Source of the DNA: Felis catus
Lineage: Eukaryota
DNA length: 64,000 nt
Direction of reading: 5' to 3'
Assembly: GCF_018350175.1 (NCBI RefSeq)
Contig: NC_058383.1
Span: 25,236,001-25,300,000 of the forward strand
Shown here: piece by piece, positions 13,210 through 24,790 of the stretch
Position numbering within the stretch: position 1 is the stretch's first letter
How the letters are laid out: every line of letters begins with the position of its first letter
Position numbers and translations under genes: made by a program
The notes under the pieces: generated by a model
Told to the model about the DNA's origin: nothing
What the model saw: the letters and a program-made list of their open reading frames with translations, nothing else
The model's database searches: none

Positions 13210-14623
13210 GTGAGGAGCTCTTGGGACCCACATACCTGGAAATGCCATTATGTCATAATCAGAGAACCAGTTTCTCCCTATCTCCAACTCTGCCTTCTAC
13301 CCAAACAGCTACATCCTCAGCTCAAGCCCCTATTATCTTCTCATGTTCAGGTTGAAGAGTGTTTTCCATTAGCTTCCCCACAAGTCCCAATACTTGCTGT
13401 AATTGGGTCCAGCTTGGGTTAGATGCTCTTCCCTTACCCAGTCAGTGTAGTCAGGCTGATGTGAGTGTCTTGATTAGTCAGGCCCAGTTTCCTCTGGTAC
13501 TGGGGCTGAGCTCTACCCAGACTATATGGAATAAGGTGGGGAGAATTTCTACGTGAATATTGAGGGTGGGGTGCTATGAGAAGAAGGAAGATCACATGAT
13601 AGAAAAGCAGTTAATGTCTTTTATACTTCAGTATTATAATCAGCAAGCATCATCAATGTCATGGAACATACTCTCCATGCTGCTCTGCTTTGGCACCTGG
13701 AGAAGGGTGTCCATCAAAACAAAGCAAGCCAAGATTCCTGCTCCCAAGAAGAGTATGACTGAGTGTGGGAGAGAAGTCATGATGTAGGCCCACCTCTACA
13801 TGCAATTGGAATTGAAGGGGACAGATTCTGGAAGGCAAATATTTCATGGAGACATGAGATTTTGAAGAATGCTGAGGATTTAAATCAGATTAGAAGAGGG
13901 ATGTGAACTACACATAGGAAGTATAATATGCACGAGGATGTGGGCAGAAGGGTGGCCATAGCACTCTGAAGGAGATGCCATCCTTCTGGTACAGAAGATG
14001 CATGTGGAGGAGTGGTACAAAATGAGGTTGAGTTGAGAGGGTGGAGCTATCTTAAGTCTTTAGTTATCTGAAAGGGAGTTTAGACAACCAGTGGGCAGTA
14101 AACAGCTCATAATCTTCTTAAAGACTAAAAAAGGAAAAGGAACTAGTGTTGACTGAGCAATGATCATGGATCAGATGCTTTGTAAAATAAGAACTATTCT
14201 TCTTCTTCTTCTTATGATAATAATGTCAACTATATGTAGTACTCACTATGAGTCAGGTACTGTTTTAAGTGCTTTTCATATAGTAATTCAATAAATTCTT
14301 ATAACAACATATATGGTAGGTACTGTTGTTATCTTCACATTACAGATAGAAAAACTGAGTCATAGAGAGGTTAAACAGGGTTTGAACCTTGACAGTATGC
14401 TCCGAGGTCCGTGCTGTGAAGCACTACATTATAGCCCTATGGTGGAAGAGTTTTTATTATTCTTATGTTAGAGCCATGGTAATGGAGGCTCAGAGAGGTT
14501 AAAGAACCTACTCCCTGTACTCAGGTTGTTAGGGATTTGACCCTGGACTTATCTTACATAGCAATCCCTGAATATTTTGCAAGAAGAGGATATTGTCTTG
14601 ACCTTGTTCCATTTTCTTCCTAG

Positions 14624-14713
14624 GCCGTAGTGTATAAGGGAGAACATACCCTGAAGGGCTTTTCTGACTTCCTGGAAACTCAAATCAAGACCAGGATTGA
14701 GGATGAGGATGGG
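14624..14713 (+). CDS. PDILT: PDILT coding exon ([30 protein letters not shown])
   Basis: ttcctag acceptor, GGG/gtaagg donor, 90 nt. Confidence 0.92.
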
Positions 14714-14922
14714 GTAAGGTGAAACAACAGTACCTGGATTATTCTGTCTCACATAGAACATCAAGAACTCAAAGGACTAGGAGAGGGTGTGCCAAAAGTC
14801 CCATAATCTTGTACTCTGGAGATCATTGACGACTCGGTGAACAACTACCCATTTTGGATGACTTTATTTCAAGGGCACTTATTACAAGGAAGTAGAAATG
14901 GCAGACTTTAGAAATGAAGGGA

Positions 14923-15158
14923 GGGGCGCCTGGGTGGTGCAGTCGGTTAAGCGTCCGACTTCAGCCAGGTCACGATCTCGCGGTCCGGGAGTTCGAGCCC
15001 TGCGTCAGGCTCTGGGCTGATGGCTCAGAGCCTGGAGCCTGTTTCCGATTCTGTGTCTCCCTCTCTCTCTGCCCCTCCCCTGTTCATGCTCTGTCTCTCT
15101 CTGTCCCAAAAATAAATAAACGTTGAAAAAAAATTGTAAAAAAAAAAAAAAAAAAAAA
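14923..15158 (+). mobile_element. Young felid CAN-SINE (SINEC_Fc-like)
   Basis: ggggcgcctgggtgg start, many intact CpGs, B-box gttcgagcc, long pure poly-A, gaaggga on both flanks. Confidence 0.92.
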
Positions 15159-15598
15159 GAAGGGAAAGACAAAGGCTCTGAGGTCTCCTAAGGTTGCTTC
15201 CCTGGCCTCTGTTCCTGAGTCAGTAACCAGATGTCTTGACAGGATCCAGCTCTCTGGCATTATTTTCCTAATGGATGAGATGACAATCCCCATTCTCTCT
15301 GAATCCTGTTCCTGCTTCAGTGAGACCATCTGCAGGAAGGTACCATCTCTATTAGTTAGGACCCTTTGGTTTGCAAATATCAGAAACAGGATTCTTTCGT
15401 TTAGGCAACAATGGGAACTTAATCCATATAACTGCTAGAACATCAGGTAGATTCAGAAGCTCAAACTCATTTTCTGTCTCCCCATCTTTGTTTTACCTTT
15501 GTTGGCCTTATTCCCAAGCAGTCACTTCCCCATGGAGGGTCAAAGATTTCCCCACAGCTCTAAACTAATATCTTCCCAGCTTAAAAAGCAAGTGCCTA

Positions 15599-15770
15599 GG
15601 GGTGCCTGGGTGGCTCATTTGGTTGAGCATCTGACTTCAGCTCAGGTCATGATCTCATGGTTTGTGAGTTCAAGCCCCACATCAGGCTTTGTGCTGACAG
15701 CTCAGAGCCTAGAGCCTGCTTTGGATTCTGGGTCTCAGTCTCTCTCTGCCCCTTGTCCACTTGTTCTTGT

Positions 15771-15816
<46 letters not shown>

Positions 15817-15870
15817 CATCAATCAAAAATAAGTAATCATTAAAAAATTTTTTTTAAAAAAGAAAGAAAA
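15599..15870 (+). mobile_element. CAN-SINE (first of a tandem pair)
   Basis: ggggtgcctgggtggctca head, (CT)n, A-rich tail. Confidence 0.9.
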
Positions 15871-16091
15871 GGGGTGCCTGGGTAGCTCAGTCGGTTAAGC
15901 ACTTGACTTCAACTCAGGTCATGATCTCACTGCTCGTGAGTTCAAGCCCCGTGTCAGGCTCTGTGCTGAAAGCTCAGAGCCTAGAGCCTGCTTCCGGTTC
16001 TGTGTCTCTCTCTGCCCCTCTCCCACTCATGCTCTGTCTCTTTCTCTCAAAAATAAATAAACATTAAAAAAAAATTAAAAAAAAAAAAAAA
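15871..16091 (+). mobile_element. CAN-SINE (second of a tandem pair)
   Basis: ggggtgcctgggtagctcagtcggttaag head directly after the first tail; poly-A. Confidence 0.9.
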
Positions 16092-16418
16092 GCAAGCAGG
16101 CCCCTACTTCTTAGTAGTCCTAGGAAATGTCCTGGATAGGGATTCATGATAGGCCTGGGTCACATGCCCAGCCCTGGAGTTAGAGCTGGGGCAGCCACAC
16201 ATGTGGCCTTAGAGTGGAGGAAGGAGGTTCCACAAGGGCTTTCTTTCCAGAGGGGCAAAACCACAGTTGGGCTCTGGCATCTATGAGGATGCTCCAAGTG
16301 CCTCTCTCTGGGCATTTCCAGGAAAAGAAGACTTGGTAATTATAATCACAATTACCACATATGTCTTCCCTCTTTATTTCTTTATCCTACTTCTTCCCTC
16401 CCTTCTTTTCTTGAATAG

Positions 16419-16655
16419 CTATTGTCTACTGAGCAAAGTAAAGTGACAGAAGAGGAGGCATTAGCTGAGAAAAAGGAAGTACCTATTATCAAGAAAGAGT
16501 TACGTGACCAGAAGTTGCCTGGGATAGAGAATGTGACAAAGCTGGAAGAGCCAGCTGGGCAAAAGGAACCAGCCAAGGAGGAGGAGGAGAAAGTGGCTAA
16601 GCCAAAGGGACCTCCAAAAGAAGAGAAGAAACCAAAAGTGAAGGAAGAACTGTAA
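16419..16655 (+). CDS. PDILT: PDILT last coding exon; charged tail ending KEEL (KDEL-like ER retrieval signal) then TAA
   Basis: Long pyrimidine tract and aatag acceptor; ORF 16422..16655. Confidence 0.94.
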   Translation, partial: LLSTEQSKVTEEEALAEKKEVPIIKKELRDQKLPGIENVTKLEEPAGQKEPAKEEEEKVAKPKGPPKEEKKPKVKEEL

Positions 16656-16758
16656 CTTCTCCAAAGCTAAGAGCCATTTTCCACGTCCTGGCATCATTTT
16701 CTAAGTGGATCTGCTCTAAAAAAAATGATAGATCATTGCAGTGGGTGGAGGCTGGATA

Positions 16759-16764
16759 ATTAAA
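16759..16764 (+). terminator. Probable PDILT polyadenylation signal (ATTAAA)
   Basis: About 100 nt after the stop codon and followed by GT/T-rich sequence. Confidence 0.5.
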
Positions 16765-18130
16765 AACTCCTGAAAGTCTTTGGCCCTGTTCTTTGCATTA
16801 CCTCTTTTTCGTGGTTGGTGCTGCCTTAGAAAAGCTGTTTGGCCTGGAATTCAGGGTTGCAAGCGAAGCCATAACTGAAACATTTAATGAGTGTTTACTA
16901 CATGCCACACAGTCATGTAATTCTCACATTACTTTCATTATCCCCATTTTACAGATGAGAGATCTGAGGCAAAGAGAGGTTAAGCAACCAGTCAGGACCA
17001 CATAGCCAGAAAGCCCTTGAGATATGATCCCAGGCACTCTCACTCCAGAGACTACATTTAACCACTCTACACACCACCTTCACTAGGTTGAAGTCCCCAG
17101 AGTTTGGCTAAAACTTACAAATGAAGTGGACTGATTTGTTTAGGCTGTATTTTAGCACAGTAAGAAAGAGATCCAGCCCCAAACACGTCCCCAGTCTACT
17201 ATATTTCAGTAAGTGACCCGCTATCTTAAGCAGCAAGGCGCTGGGATAATCCTCAAGCCCCTTTGTTTACTACCCTAATAGTAACTCTACCAACGCATGT
17301 GACTCCACCCACTTGCACTGATTCCATCCACTTCTGTCCACTGACACGTGCCACTTATCTCCATGTGACTCCACCCACTTCCCTCCACCTCCACCCACCA
17401 TTCGCAGCCAAGGAAGTCTCTCCAATGGTGCTTCTATTGCCATTCTGTAGTTCCTTGCCTACCCCTCACCCCTATTCCATAAAGCTGCTGAAATTCTTTT
17501 AAAAAGCCATACTCTTGAAAGCTTGCAACACTACCTTGTTTTAACTCTGTAATGGCATCTTTATCCCTTTTGGAATAAGATTGGTCTGCTCACCATGTCT
17601 TCCAGGCCTAGAAATTTCTGGCCCCACAGATCTCTTCTGTTCCCTTCTCTCTCTCTCTGTCATTTTCTAGGCTCCAGTCATACTTCCTGTCTATTCTTGA
17701 ACAGTTCAAGTGCTTTGTCTCCTTATGGCTGTTCCTTCTGCCTAAATGCACACATGATGCACTCCCATAGATCTTCATGCAGATGTCTTTTTTATCCTTC
17801 AAACCTCAGTTCAAATGCCACCACCTCAAAGAGGGCTTCCTAGATACCAACATTTGAAAGCACCTTGTTTTGCTGTGCACTAATATACTGCTTGATTCCC
17901 CCACTGTTGGGTAAGTCCCTGGAGAGCAGATATATCTATTCTCTTCCCCACTGTATTCCTAACGCCTAGAATGCTGCTTGGACACAGTAGGTGCTCGGGT
18001 AATAAATATCCATGGATCAAATAAAATTTGATTTCAGCCAGCACCCTATCTCTGAGATACATGATTTCACTGTCATCCCAAAAGGGGCAGGTGCTGACAC
18101 AGTGTTGCCTGGAGACCCCAATTAGATTCT

Positions 18131-18481
18131 ATATTAGTTTCCTATTATTGCTCTGAAAAATTACCACAAATTTAGTGGCTCGAAAAGTACCAACTTACTC
18201 TCTTACAGCTCTGGAAGCCAGAAATCAGAAGTTAATTTCACTGAGCCAAAGTCAAGGTGTCATGAGGGTTAGTCCCCTCTGGAAGAATCCCTTGACTTGC
18301 CTTTTGTAGCTTCTGGAGGGCTGCCTGAATCCCTTAGCTCATGGGCCTGCCCAGATAACCTCATATCAAAGTCTTAAACTTAATGGTACTGCAAAGTCCC
18401 CTTTGCGATGTAAGGTAACATTCACAGATTCTGGGGACTAGGACACAGACATCTTGGGAAGTCATTATTTTGCTGACCACA
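18131..18481 (-). mobile_element. MaLR solo LTR (MLT1-like)
   Basis: tatattagtttcctatt...aattaccacaaatttagtggct...gtaaggtaacattcacagattctgggga...gaccaca, typical of antisense MLT1. Confidence 0.7.
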
Positions 18482-20112
18482 GACTCATGCTGCTAATTTG
18501 TGTTAATCATTTTGGCCAAGTGGCAACAGAGCTCCTCTTGAAAAAGGGGGCATATTATTTTACCGACCAAAGTCTCTGCAAGCCATCTAGGCCTTTCTAC
18601 TTGCCACCTATCATGTGAGAGAAAGGCTGTTTATACTTCTTCAGGCTCCTGAACCAACTCCTATACCTCCTTCTCCCACCCCCAAACCTGGCGTGTCCAC
18701 ATCCAGACTAAGCAGGGAACAGCCTGGGGCCCTGGAATTCACCTGAGCCAGACTGCCCCAACAGGAGCAGGTGTTAGTATTCAGGACATGGTGTGAAACT
18801 CACCTGCCTCAGCCTTAAGGCTATGTGGCTGCCGGTCAAAGGAGGGGTTCATGGAGGCTGCTAGGAATAAATCACATGCAACAGAGTTCCTAACTGGCCA
18901 CCAGCCAGAGAATGGATGTGCTACCTGCAAGTCCCCCACGTGTATTTGGGGCCTCATGAAGTGGGGGCTCAGATTGGGATAAGCAGTTATAGGTAAGGCT
19001 GGTGGTGACCCTCTCTTGGAAAGGCCTTCCCCCTTGACTCATTTTCTACCCCCTCCCAATACACAGCACTCTCACAAAAATCCTTTGTATTCTGTTTAAT
19101 CAATTTTTCAAATTTCTTCACACTTTAGCTTCATTACCTGAAAAAAGGACCCAAAACCACCTACCTTTCATTGCTAAGCATGGAATGTTTTTTATCCCCA
19201 GGAGTGCAATGCATCACAGGAGTACATCTGAATAAGATATGCACTTTAGTATGGATTTAACACAGGCTAGCTGGGTAATCTCAGGGAAGCAACTTAATCT
19301 TTCTGACCTACAGTCTTATTGGTAATAGTGTTGTAGCAATTATTGTATCACACAATAAACATAAAAGCATTCAGTACAGTGTCTGGCCCAAGAGAGGCAC
19401 TTAGTAAGTGACAGCTGTCAAGATTATTAAGATCAAATCTCCTACCCATGCTTAAAAGTTGAGAGAAGAGCATTCCAAGAAAATGGGAACTTCTGATAAA
19501 TTGAGTAAGGTTTGTTCAAAAACAAATATTTTTGACTACTCTTCCGGAAGCAAGATAAAGAAAAAAAAAAGTGATTGAATTTGGCAACATGGATGTGTTT
19601 GGTGATCTTGATGAGCAAAGTCAATGGAGCTGGCAGATCAGGAAGCATATCAGTGTGAATTTGAGTGGAAAGTGTGCAGATAAATCTTTTGTGAAGTTTG
19701 GCTATGAAAGGTTGGAAAATAGGATGGTGGCTGGAGGGAGTGTGGGGTCAAAGGAAGGTTTCTATAGAAGGGACTAGCAGATGAGAATACTCTCAAGTGA
19801 CTCCAAGAAGAGGAAGTTACAGGAGGAAGGAGTAAGCGAAGGTGAGGAAAAAAGCTTATCAGTGCAGGAAGAAGGATGCTGCCTCATCATGACAGGAGAG
19901 GAGATGTGGAAGATGAGTCCAGAGACAGGAAGACGGAGAAGATAAGGGAGGCATTGCTTACTGGCTCCCATGAGTACACTGTGATGTCATTAAATGTGTG
20001 GGGCTGAGAAAGGGTGGGAATTTTGAAGAAAGAGTGGAAAAACATCCAACTAGAGAAACACCACAGGACGATCCAGCTGCACTGAGTGCAGGTGATGCTT
20101 ATTGTTTTAAAA

Positions 20113-20630
20113 TGTGGGTTTTATTATTATTCGGGTATTGCAAGGCCAATAGATGAGAAAACAGATGCCATTGAAAACACAGTTTATTATATTCACAGAT
20201 CCCAACAGGAGGGGGCACACAAGGTCAATCAGGAGGTCAAGGGAGAGGGGGGAAGATGAGCAAGAGCCTTTTTTGTGGTTTCCATGGGAAGGAAGAGGAG
20301 AGGCAGGGTAAGCAGGTTTAGGACTGGCTAGTTTGAATACATTTCAGTAGGCCCTGGGAAGTGGGAATTGGGAATCCTGGGAATCATCCCTGGTTGTCTG
20401 GTTCTGGCACTGGGGTGATTAGGGCAAGGGAATAGTGGCCCTGAAAGCGAGAGGTCCTGGCAAAGAAAGGTGTGGGGGTGGACTCTGGGTGATTGGTTTG
20501 CATATGAAAAGCAGATCTCAGGCCAGCCCATTGCTATCTGTAGGAATTAGTTAGCTTGGGAGGGGCAGTCCCTCCACGGTCAGCAAAACCCCAAGATGTA
20601 AAAGCATCAGAGAAACTAGAAAAATATGGT
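20113..20630 (-). mobile_element. ERVL-class LTR remnant (MER54/MER74-like)
   Basis: gcaagagcctttttgtggtttcc...ggcagggtaagcaggtttaggactggctagtttgaa resembles recalled ERVL LTRs. Confidence 0.5.
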
Positions 20631-21907
20631 TATTGGACTTATGAATAGTCTCCAACACAAAGGTCCCACCCGTGGCCTTTGCCCGGACAACTCCAGGAGC
20701 CACCCAGAGCCTCCATTTTAATCTTTTGGATATCTTAGATCTTTTAGATAATCTTTTAGATAATCTTAAAGATACCTGGATGTGGGTTTAGACAGGGCCT
20801 CATTTGCACCAACCAGAAATGATATTCCCAATCCAAAATGGAGAAAAAGATTATTTTCTTCTTAATCAATAGGAGGAAAAAAAAAAAGGAAAGGACACAA
20901 ACTGCCAGTTTAGAAAAGAATAAATAACCAACAAATGAAGAGACAATGACTTCTCCTTTCATTGAAGAATTGCAAAAGTAAATAATGAGATTTCTCACTT
21001 ATTTTTTGACAAAGATAGAAGAAAGTGTACAATGTTCAGGGTTGGTACTATGGTGGGACCATAAAATAATTTTTAAAAATCTCTCTGGGGTGCTGTTTGG
21101 GAAGAAGTATCAAAATTTGTAAAGCTGCACCACTTCTTTGACCCAGAAATTTCACTCCTACAAAATTATCCTGTGGAGATGAGTACACAGTGCTGATGGT
21201 TACCCTGCCACTAAATGAGACAGGATGAAAAAGATCCTGAAAAAGTACATGCAGTGGGTCATTGTTCATTTCCTACTCAGCCCAAGTTCACACATATTCA
21301 ATTTTTCTCAGTGGGACTGACTCTTAAGACTGAACTGTCATCTACATGGGCCTGGGTCAGGAGTCATGGAGTCGAGCCTGGGCTCTCCCTTTTCCTACCC
21401 CTGTGACTGTCCATCAGCAAAGCAGCATTGGCAGTGACTTCCGCGGGTAGAATTGTTACTACATGTCTGTCCTTATATCTTCTCCAGTAATCACCATAAC
21501 TACTCTAGGAGATGGGCACTTCCCCTTTACAGACAATAAAAATGACCTCAGAAAGATTAAGAAATGAGCCCTTTGGCACACTATAAATGGCTGATCAAGA
21601 GCCAGAACAACTGACTCAAAAGTCAGTATACCCAGTCATGAAGTTATCCACCTCCCAAGGGGCCTGTCCTCATGGGAACTCAGAATCTTTGTTTCACAGA
21701 GTGGGTCTGGTGCAGTGATGTCTGAATTATCTTCTGGCTCTGACCTTCAAGTATTTTCAGCTCCTCTCCTGCCATGCCTAGACCATCGAAGAGCTTGCTG
21801 AGCCCGTGAGGATGGAGTGTGCTTCTAAAGGGTGCCTTCTCCAGGGTAGGGAACCCAAATGGCCACAGGTACATGTCCTAATGGGGACAATAAACACCCC
21901 CTTTTTA

Positions 21908-22120
21908 GGTCTCCTGGGTCACTCAGTAGTGACTCTTGATTTTGGCTCTTGATTTGACTCTTGATTTTGGCTCAGGTCATGAGCCCAGGGTCGTGGGAAC
22001 CAGCCCCATGTCGGGCTCTTGCTGAGCATGGAGCCTGCTTAGGATTTTCTCTCCCCAACCATCCACTCTCTGTCTTGCCTCCTCTCTCAAATAAAACAAA
22101 AACAAAAACAAAAACAAAAA
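21908..22120 (+). mobile_element. Older CAN-SINE in the UMOD promoter
   Basis: Degenerate head, ggctcaggtcatga core, (CAAAAA)n tail, aaacacc on both flanks. Confidence 0.82.
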
Positions 22121-22240
22121 CACCTCTCTTCTTCCCAGGACAGCCTGGCTTGGGATACTGACCTCTGCTTGGCTCCTTGAGTCCACCTTGTCCTTCTCAT
22201 TGAGCAAGAAAAAGCCTAGTACCTTGGCACTGCTTTTGCA

Positions 22241-22253
22241 GTTAATTTCTAAC
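22241..22253 (+). promoter_or_regulatory. HNF1-like site in the UMOD proximal promoter
   Basis: GTTAATTTCTAAC versus consensus GTTAATNATTAAC (2 mismatches), about 240 bp upstream of the TATA box. UMOD is an established HNF1B target. Confidence 0.55.
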
Positions 22254-22493
22254 TCAGGAATCTCTTTATGTCAAAAGGTGCAAAACAGAGGCCTTGTATT
22301 TTCAGGCACAAGTTTGACCCCCAATGTCAATCATTTGGGGTGTCTACATATTAGGAAAAAGAACAACAACCTGGCAACCTAGGAAAGGAAAACACTGTGC
22401 CCAAAGGGGAAAATATTCCACCCTCAAGAAAACAATCTCAAGAAACAGAACCAGAGGATAATTGGAGGAAAGACTGCCAGCCAGGGGTAGATG

Positions 22494-22501
22494 TATATAT
22501 A
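22494..22501 (+). promoter_or_regulatory. UMOD TATA box (TATATATA)
   Basis: Directly upstream of the short non-coding exon 1. Confidence 0.7.
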
Positions 22502-22519
22502 GGAGGCACATACTTGTAA

Positions 22520-22548
22520 ACAGATTAATTCTACCTTTCTGGCTTCAG
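22520..22548 (+). other. UMOD: UMOD non-coding exon 1 (5' end approximate)
   Basis: ctacctttctggcttcag/gtaagg donor; resembles the recalled UMOD mRNA leader. Confidence 0.75.
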
Positions 22549-23085
22549 GTAAGGCTATCTACAGCTCTCTCTTCTTCTAGCCACTTCTTCCCACCTAGCT
22601 GTCTTCTAATTCCCATTCTGCTTGGGAGAAGGGGGAAGAAAATCAAGAGACTGGACACTAGGGTCAGACCTAGAGTGAGTCCTTCCTCTGTTGATAATTG
22701 GCTTCATTATCTCTGGTTGGCCAGTCTCCCTCTCTTTGAGGCTGTGCTCTGTGCTTTTCTAATAACATTGACTACTATTTCTTCACTCATTCAATGCATG
22801 TTAGTTAAGTGTCTACTATGTACCAGGCACTGGGAATATAGCAGTGAACAATAGCATTGGCTCTGTGCTAGGTCCTGCTTTGAATATATCATCTTAGTTA
22901 ATACCCATGACAATATGCAGTCAGTTATTACCCACCACAGTGTTTTCAAAGTATAGATCACAACCCATTAGTGGATCATGAAATAATTTGTGGATTATAT
23001 CCAAAATCTTCTTTTAACTAAATACTATAGACAATGTCAACAAGCAATGTACACAGTAACGATAAGAATTTTTTTTATAAAACTT

Positions 23086-23088
<3 letters not shown>

Positions 23089-23131
<43 letters not shown>
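23089..23131. repeat. (GT)n microsatellite in UMOD intron 1
   Basis: About 21 GT units. Confidence 0.95.
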
Positions 23132-23134
<3 letters not shown>

Positions 23135-23162
23135 GCACATACACAAGCAACTGCACCAATTT

Positions 23163-23383
23163 AACTTTTTTTAACATTTTTTAAAATATATTTTTGTGAG
23201 ACAGAGAGAGACAGAGCGTGAGCAGGGGAGGGACAGAGAGAGAAGGAGACACAGAATCTGAAGCAGGACCCAGGCTCTAAGCTGTCAGCACAGAGCCTGA
23301 CACGGGGATCAAACTCATAAACCATGAGATCATGACCTGAGCTGAAGTCAGATGCTTAACTGACTGAGCCACCCAGGCGCCCC
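23163..23383 (-). mobile_element. CAN-SINE
   Basis: Ends ccacccaggcgcccc; TSD CAACTG(C/T)ACCAATTT at 23148-23162 and 23386-23400. Confidence 0.92.
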
Positions 23384-24320
23384 AACAACTGTACCAATTT
23401 ATGGCAAAAAATATTTTCTTTATAGCAGATCCTAGTCATAAAGGCTTGGAAAATACCGCTCTAGAACACAAGTTCTTTGATCACAGGGACTTCAGACTAA
23501 GCCTGGCACATCACAGGCACTCAGTTTGTGGAAGCAATGACCCATATTTCATAGATGAGAAAACTAATTCTTCCCGAAATGAAATACCTTGCCGAAAGTC
23601 ACACTGTTAGTGGTTGGTAAAACAGGGATTTGGATCCCTGTTACAGGCTCCAAGTCCCGCGCATTTAACCACCATGCTACCCTACTTTGCTGCTGGAAAA
23701 ATTAGGGTAGTATTAGTAGTACCCACCTAGGATTATTTCACCAATTGAGTGAAATAATAAGTGACTGCTCTGGAAACATTAAAATCCATTGTGAGGGTTA
23801 ATCGCCTCTCAAGTTTCTTATCTCAAGCTATTTCTTTGTGATATGTGAGTTGCATGAAGTCAGGGATCTTGCCTATCCTGTTCATTGTTTTCTTTGGTGT
23901 GTAGCTCCCTGTTTGGCACAAGGTAGCTACTCAATAAATGTTTGTTGAATAAATAAATGGATCTGGGCAAGCTGAAAGTTTCCCAGCAGGGATCAGCAGT
24001 TGGCTGTTAAAACCCCAAACTGCCTCCTATGATGGTGAGTCCAGAACATTCTACCCTATCTTGCTGCTTCCTGTTTCAAATGAGACTCAGTTCTTCCAGA
24101 TGCGCTGAGACTTGGGGAGCAGAGGATGGCATGTGGGTGGGAGTAAAGGTGGGGTCACAGATGAGAAAACCACCAAAGCAGGGGCCACAGCACTGCACAC
24201 TTTTTGTAGTTCATATAAATGGCATCTTCTGGAGCTGTGCAGTGCACAACCAAAGCACTCCTCCCAACTGTGGGGAGGGGAGTTAGATCATGTGTTTATC
24301 CCATCCATCTCTGTTCACAG

Positions 24321-24424
24321 GACTCCAGGCATCACAGACTGGGAGGAAAACCCAGGGGGTCAACCTGTCCTTGTCTTTGGGCAGGTCTTCCCCAGATCAG
24401 AAGTAGCTGTGAAGAGCAAAAGGA
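24321..24424 (+). other. UMOD: UMOD exon 2, 5' UTR portion
   Basis: ctgttcacag acceptor ending at 24320; a second possible acceptor (tttgggcag) ends at 24384. Confidence 0.75.
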
Positions 24425-24518
24425 ATGGGGCGGCTTTCTTCTCTGACCCTGATGCGGACGGTAGTGGTGGTAACCTCTTGGGTCATAACAGCTGTCACCA
24501 TTGAGACCTCAGAAGCAA
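24425..24518 (+). CDS. UMOD: UMOD exon 2: start codon and signal peptide (MGRLSSLTLMRTVVVVTSWVITAVTIETSEA)
   Basis: ATG at 24425, hydrophobic stretch, A/gtaagt donor, 94 coding nt. Confidence 0.92.
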
Positions 24519-24520
24519 GT

Positions 24521-24522
<2 letters not shown>

Positions 24523-24564
<42 letters not shown>
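24523..24564. repeat. (GT)21 microsatellite abutting the UMOD exon 2 donor
   Basis: gtaa followed directly by pure GT repeats. Confidence 0.95.
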
Positions 24565-24566
<2 letters not shown>

Positions 24567-24674
24567 GGAACAATGCCACTATTAGCAGAGGAGGTCATGC
24601 TCTCTCTCTCCTGTCATGCTTGGAATTTGATTTACTCTAAATACAGTTTGATACTTTAATGTATATAGGGCTCA

Positions 24675-24790
24675 GATGGGAATTTTGTTAAAATGAAGGC
24701 TCTGATTCAGTGGGTCCTGGGTAGGGCCTGAAATTCTGCGTTTCTGACAAGCTCTCAGGTGATGCTAATGCTGTGGTTCTTAGATCGCAA
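24675..24790. mobile_element. MER5-like hAT-Charlie fragment
   Basis: gttaaaatgaaggctctgattcagtggg...ctgacaagctctcaggtgatgctaatgctg. Confidence 0.6.

Larger units (their letters stand above)
359..16655 (+). other. PDILT: PDILT gene, 3' part (9 coding exons; 5' exons lie upstream of the window); testis-expressed protein disulfide isomerase-like protein
   Basis: Nine GT-AG exons splice into one open frame with thioredoxin-like domains, an SXXC motif (WSEKC) and C-terminal KEEL. It lies next to UMOD and GP2 as in other mammals. Confidence 0.96.

Noticed and set aside
12952..13422. 156-aa ORF as a standalone gene
   Set aside because: Only 13031-13209 is PDILT-like and bounded by splice sites; the rest is intronic read-through.
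14914..15126. Short ORFs such as GACFRFCVSLSLCPSP, also at 40458 and 44398
   Set aside because: They are translations of CAN-SINE sequence.
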